Assembly (NCBI RefSeq): GCF_006345805.1
Contig: NC_042999.1
Span: 151,714,001-151,778,000 of the forward strand
DNA from: Octopus sinensis
Lineage: Eukaryota
Length of the DNA stretch: 64,000 nt
Direction of reading: 5' to 3'
Under the pieces are notes generated by a model. That model searched no databases. It saw only the letters and a program-made list of their open reading frames with translations, and was not told the DNA's origin. The position numbers were made by a program, and so were the translations under genes. Below are positions 59,392 through 64,000 of the stretch, in pieces; positions within the stretch are counted from its first letter, which is position 1; each line of letters starts with the position of its first letter.

Positions 59392-61254
59392 AATGAGATT
59401 GGAGTTGAAAAAATTAGTAATGAGCGTATATTTGTTAGTGGTTGGCATTAGGAAGGGCATCCAGCTGGAGAAATCATACCAGAGCAGACACTGCAGCACA
59501 ATACAGTCTTTGAACCATCTAACCCATGCCAGTATGGAACATAAATATTAAATGGTAATGATGATGATGTTTAGTTGTACATTCATTGTCAGTCCCTTAA
59601 CTAAACACTGTTTGATATTCCAAGCAATTTCTACTGCCTTGTGTTCCATTTTGAACTCACAATAAAATAACTTGAATTTGCTATTTTTCTGTCTTTGATT
59701 TAATAGTTTAAAATAAGCAAGAATAAACAGGAAACCAGAAGTATTAGCTTAAATCAGTAGACTGACATATGTGATACAAAATGTTATTGGTTCAATAAAA
59801 ATCTATTCCAAAAATAAGCATCAGATTTTTAACAAAAACTGTAATTAATTTTCCAATACCCAAGTGTTCAGATTCACTCCAGCCATACACATTTTATTGC
59901 AATTTCAAAATGATCAGTATTATAAGCGGTGTTGTGCTTTCACACAGTGAACTCTTGGTTCACTGGGAAGTGCATAATCGATGTGAACATCTGGGTGCAA
60001 TTAACCACCCTCATCCTTACCCTGCAAATCACTGACAGAGTAAGACCTCACCTGAATATCTTCGTTATTTATTTTTCTCAAGCCCTAGGATTCATAAGTC
60101 TGGTTACCTGGTTCCCATGCTGTATAAGTCATTGAGATTACAATATTCCCTTTGAGCAGGAAGCCAGTCCATTGCAGGGTTCAAGGCCTGCAGTTTTGAG
60201 GGGAGAGGGCAAATCAATTACATCAACCCCAGTACATGAAAGGAAAAGTTGATCTTGGTTGGTTTTGAACTCAGAACATTAAGAATCTAGAAAGAATGCA
60301 TTTTGCCTGCTGTGCTAGTGATTCTATCAGCTCACCACCTTCCCCTGTATATATAGCCATGTTCTTAATTAATATAATTTTGATCCATCTCATCTAGCAC
60401 TTCATTTATTTCCCTTCTGTTGATAAGCTCTGTGGTGTATCTGATATACATTAATATGAAAGCAAACATCATTAATACTCATCATTTTGAAATTTTGCTG
60501 AAATGCCTATGACTGGAGTGGATCTTAATATTTCACTGCACAATTTACAAACTTATTAACTTAACATCACCCGTCGGCTTAATTCCAAAGGTCGACTGGC
60601 ATATAAACATCGATAACCTTGCTTCAACTGACTCCTCGATGACTGCTAGAAAATGTGATTTTCTCTCTTTTCTCTATTCTTCTCTTCTCTTTCCTTCCCA
60701 GCAAATTATCTACTGATTCCCCCTACTCTTGCTTATATATTCTAAACAATGGATTGCATATACTTTGTATCTAGTCTGGTTATTGGAATCAGGAAATTTG
60801 AGCAACTAGATGTGAGGTACCAGCTGCAATAATCACACACATATGAATATATATTCTTAGGGTTGAACTAGTTCAAATAAACATGGTCAGGCCACTTAGA
60901 ATAAAGAACTCAAAGCAACAAATTGGACAGTATGTCCAACAAAATATATTTTGTTTCACTCTGGAACTCATCAGCAATTAAAGATGGTGTGTGACACAGC
61001 CAGTTATTTAGATAACTGTGAAGGCATGTGACTTAGTGGTTAGAGTATTCAACTCATGATCATAATGGCCATGAGTTCGATTCCCTGTGGTGTGTTGTAT
61101 CCTTGAGCAAAACATTTTACTTCACATTATTCCTGTACTTAAATTTTTTAAGCCTGGTACTTAGTTTATCATTCTATTTTGTTGAACTGCTTAGTTATGG
61201 AGATATAAACACACCAACATCAGTTGTCAAGTTGTTGTGAAGGACAATCAAAGA

Positions 61255-61578
61255 CGCCTCCGTGCCGGTGGCACATAAAAAGCACCATACAATCATGGCC
61301 GTTGCCAGCCTCGCCTGGCCTCCGTGCCGGTGGCACGTAAAAAGCACCATCCAATCGTGACCGTTTGCCAGCCTTGTCTGGCACCTGTGCGGGTGGCACG
61401 TAAAAAGCACCCACTACACTCACGGAGTGGTTGGCGTTAGGAAGGGCATCCAGCCGTAGAAACATTGCCAGATCAGACTGGGCCTGGTGCAGCCTTCTGG
61501 CTTCCCAGACCCCAGTTGAATCATCCAACCCATGCCAGCATGGAAAGCGAACGCTAAATGATGATGATGATGATGATG
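61255..61578 (+). mobile_element. Young 5'-truncated RTE 3' end
   Basis: Hairpin units plus core plus (GAT)n; close to 10385-10700 and 30700-30962. Confidence 0.9.
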
Positions 61579-61583
61579 AATGA

Positions 61584-61919
61584 GTGACACCCTTCGGTCA
61601 TGAATAACCATGTGATTGCACCTAGAAAGTTACCCTTCAAAGCTCAAGTCCGAACAAGGTTGTTTAAGGAAGACCAGCAGTCACCCATGCATACCAGCCT
61701 CCCTTCTCGATGCCACCAACGTTATCCAAAGGAAAAGCAAAGGCCAATACAGCTTGGCACCAATGACATTGCAACTCATTTCTACGGCTGAGTGAATTGG
61801 AGCTACATGAAATAAAGTGTCTTGCTCAAGAACGCAACACACAGCCCGGTCCGGGAATCGAAATCACTGTCTCGTGATTGTGAGCCTGACACTCAAACCA
61901 CTGAGCCATGTGCCTTCAC
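61584..61919 (-). mobile_element. SINE: CORE-like head plus 'E' tail
   Basis: Homologous to 35488-35807 and includes the complete head ...ACCACTGAGCCATGTGCCTTC. Confidence 0.8.
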
Positions 61920-61949
61920 ACACACACACACACACACACACATATCCTC

Positions 61950-62480
61950 TTCATCATCATCATCGTTTAACGTCCGCTTTCCATGCTAGCATGAGTTGGA
62001 CGATTTTGACTGAGGGCTGGCGAACCAGATGGTTGCACCAGTCTCCAATCTTGATTTGGCAGAGTTTCTACAGTTGGATGCCCTTCCTAACGCCAACCAC
62101 TCTGAGAGTGTAGTGGGTGCTTTTTACGTGCCACCGGCACAGGGGCCAGTCAGGCAGTACTGGCAGCGACCTCGCTCGAATCCTTTTACACATGCCAGTA
62201 AGGTGACGTTGGTAACGATCACGCTCGAATGGTGCCCTTTTACGTGCCACTGGCATGGAAGCCAGTTGGCTGCTCTGGCAACGATCACACTCGAATGGTG
62301 CTCTTGGCACCCTACTAGCACAGGCACAGGTGCCAGTAAGGCGACGCTGGTAACGATCATGCTCGGATGGTGCCCTTTAAATGCCACTGGCACGGAAGCC
62401 GGTTAGCTGCTCTGTCAATGATCACGCTCGTATGGTGCTCTTTGCACCCTGCCAGCATGGACGCCAGTCATCGAATTTGA
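61950..62480 (-). mobile_element. RTE 3' end with six heterogeneous hairpin units
   Basis: (CAT)n tail, core, alternating unit types, ends at ATCGAATTTGAT followed by (AT)n. Confidence 0.85.
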
Positions 62481-63000
62481 TATATATATATATATATGTA
62501 CATATATGATGGTCTTCTTTCAGATTCCATCTACCAAATCCATTGACTAGGCTTTGGTTGGCCCAAGGCTATAGTAGAAGACACTTGCCCAAGGTGCTCT
62601 GCAGTGGGACTGAACCTGGAAAAACTTCTTACCACACAGCTACACCTGTATATGTAGGTATGGCATACATCCATAGTATCTATTTTTCTAACTACTTACC
62701 TAACTATCTATTTGTATATAAATCAGGCCGTATAGAAAATTCTGTCCAATTATAATTTTAGACTCGTTACAATTTTTTGTTCTCTAAAAACTGTTAATAT
62801 TGGTGGCATTCACTGATGCGGAATCATTTCATGATGGATTTCTGGATTTCAACAATATTTTAAAATATTCATTTTCTATATGAAGAATCCATCGTGAATC
62901 CAAGCTAAGTGCATATTTCTCACATTATGCATTATGAGTTTCACTGAGATTTTTACTGCAAGTGTAACAACCAAAAATGTCCAAAAGGCAAAATGCAGTG

Positions 63001-63920
63001 AATGAAATAATTTGCAGAAGGTGGCTTGAAAAATTCAAATGTGAAAATTTCAATTTGTTTGATGAAGCCAGATCAGGACGTCCTTCCAAATTGAATGACA
63101 AAATACAAAGAATCCTGCTGTGACCAAATGAGAGAGCTTTCTGAATTTAATTTCAGCATCATGACCATCCATAATCATTTGGAGAAGCTAGGAAATGTTT
63201 CAAAGTATTGCAAATGGGTTCCCCATGCGGTTTCAGCTGCAAATTGTCAATAAAGTCTTGACTGCTGGGAATCTCTTCACATATACAACAATCTCTAAGC
63301 ACAATTTTTTAAACCAGATTATGGCTACAGGTGAGAAATAGATTCTTTACAGTGATATTAAGCATCACAGACAGTGGCTAAGTCCAAACCAAAAACCTGT
63401 ACTACATCCATGAGGGGGACTTCACTCCAAGAAAATTTAGCACAAGTGTCACATAAAAAGCACCCAGTATTCTGTAGGCTGGTTGGTATTAGGAAAGAGA
63501 TCCTGCTGTAGAAACCAAGTCAAAACAGAGAAGAGGAACTTGATGCAGTTCTCCAGCTTTCTAGCTCTAGCCAAATCATTCAACCCATCTCAGCATGGAA
63601 ACCAAATATCAAATCATGATGGTAATGATGACGGTGATGATGATGTTTTGTGGGATATAGAAGGAATTATTCATTATGAGCTTTTAGGACTCAATCAAAC
63701 AGTCACTTTTGATGTCTGCTATCAGCAACTTGGCCTTTTGAAAATCCCTTTGGCTAGAAAATATCTTACCTTAATAAATCACTGAGGGTCTTCTCTTCCA
63801 CCAAGATAATGCTCAGCTTCACATGATACAAACCACTAAAGATGTTCTGGGATTGTTTGGATGGAAAAAATATTCTGACCCTCCATATTCTCCAGACTTT
63901 GTTTCATCAGACTTCCACTC
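63001..63920 (+). pseudogene. Decayed mariner transposase, split by an RTE-tail insertion
   Basis: RRWLEKFK...DEARSGRPS; WVPH (63215-63226); ATGEK*ILY; GLHSKK; then VLWDIEGIIHYELL..NQTV; LFHQDNA; PPYSPD (YSPD 63886-63897). Many stops and frameshifts. Confidence 0.9.
63446..63644 (+). mobile_element. Old RTE 3' end inserted into the mariner
   Basis: GTCACATAAAAAGCACCCAG..GGTATTAGGAAAG..GCTGTAGAAACC..(GAT)n interrupts the transposase between GLHSKK and VLWD. Confidence 0.7.
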
Positions 63921-64000
63921 CTATCATTTTTTTCTTATCTTTTACTTGATTCAGTCATTGGATTGTGGCTTCACTGGAGCAGCACCTTCAAGGGTTCAGT

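Overview
AT-rich, microsatellite-dense animal genomic DNA, inferred to be a coleoid cephalopod (most likely Octopus) from its tRNA-derived SINE families and repeat landscape. No intact host protein-coding gene is visible. Almost all ORFs in the supplied track are translations of (TA)n/(CA)n/trinucleotide tracts or of repeats. The one long coding unit is a near full-length RTE-clade LINE (about 27059-30962, +; APE endonuclease + reverse transcriptase). It is broken by about a dozen small indels but has no apparent nonsense substitutions, and it carries a PHD-type Cys/His finger inside the RT. About 20 5'-truncated copies of its 3' end are scattered through the window, many next to (TA)n and with variable arrays of ~60-bp hairpin units. 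Other content: several modular tRNA-head SINE families, relics of an R4/Dong-type RLE retroelement, a Helitron helicase, a Helentron-like HINE, two mariner transposons, hAT and Tc-like MITEs, and a few small candidate exons (mostly minus strand). The most unusual signals are two different repeat families with degenerate Penelope-type minimal hammerhead-ribozyme motifs in inverted (foldback) arrangements, one of them fused to a tRNA-like Pol III head. Repeat boundaries were read by eye and are approximate (about +/-10 bp) unless TSDs/TIRs are quoted.
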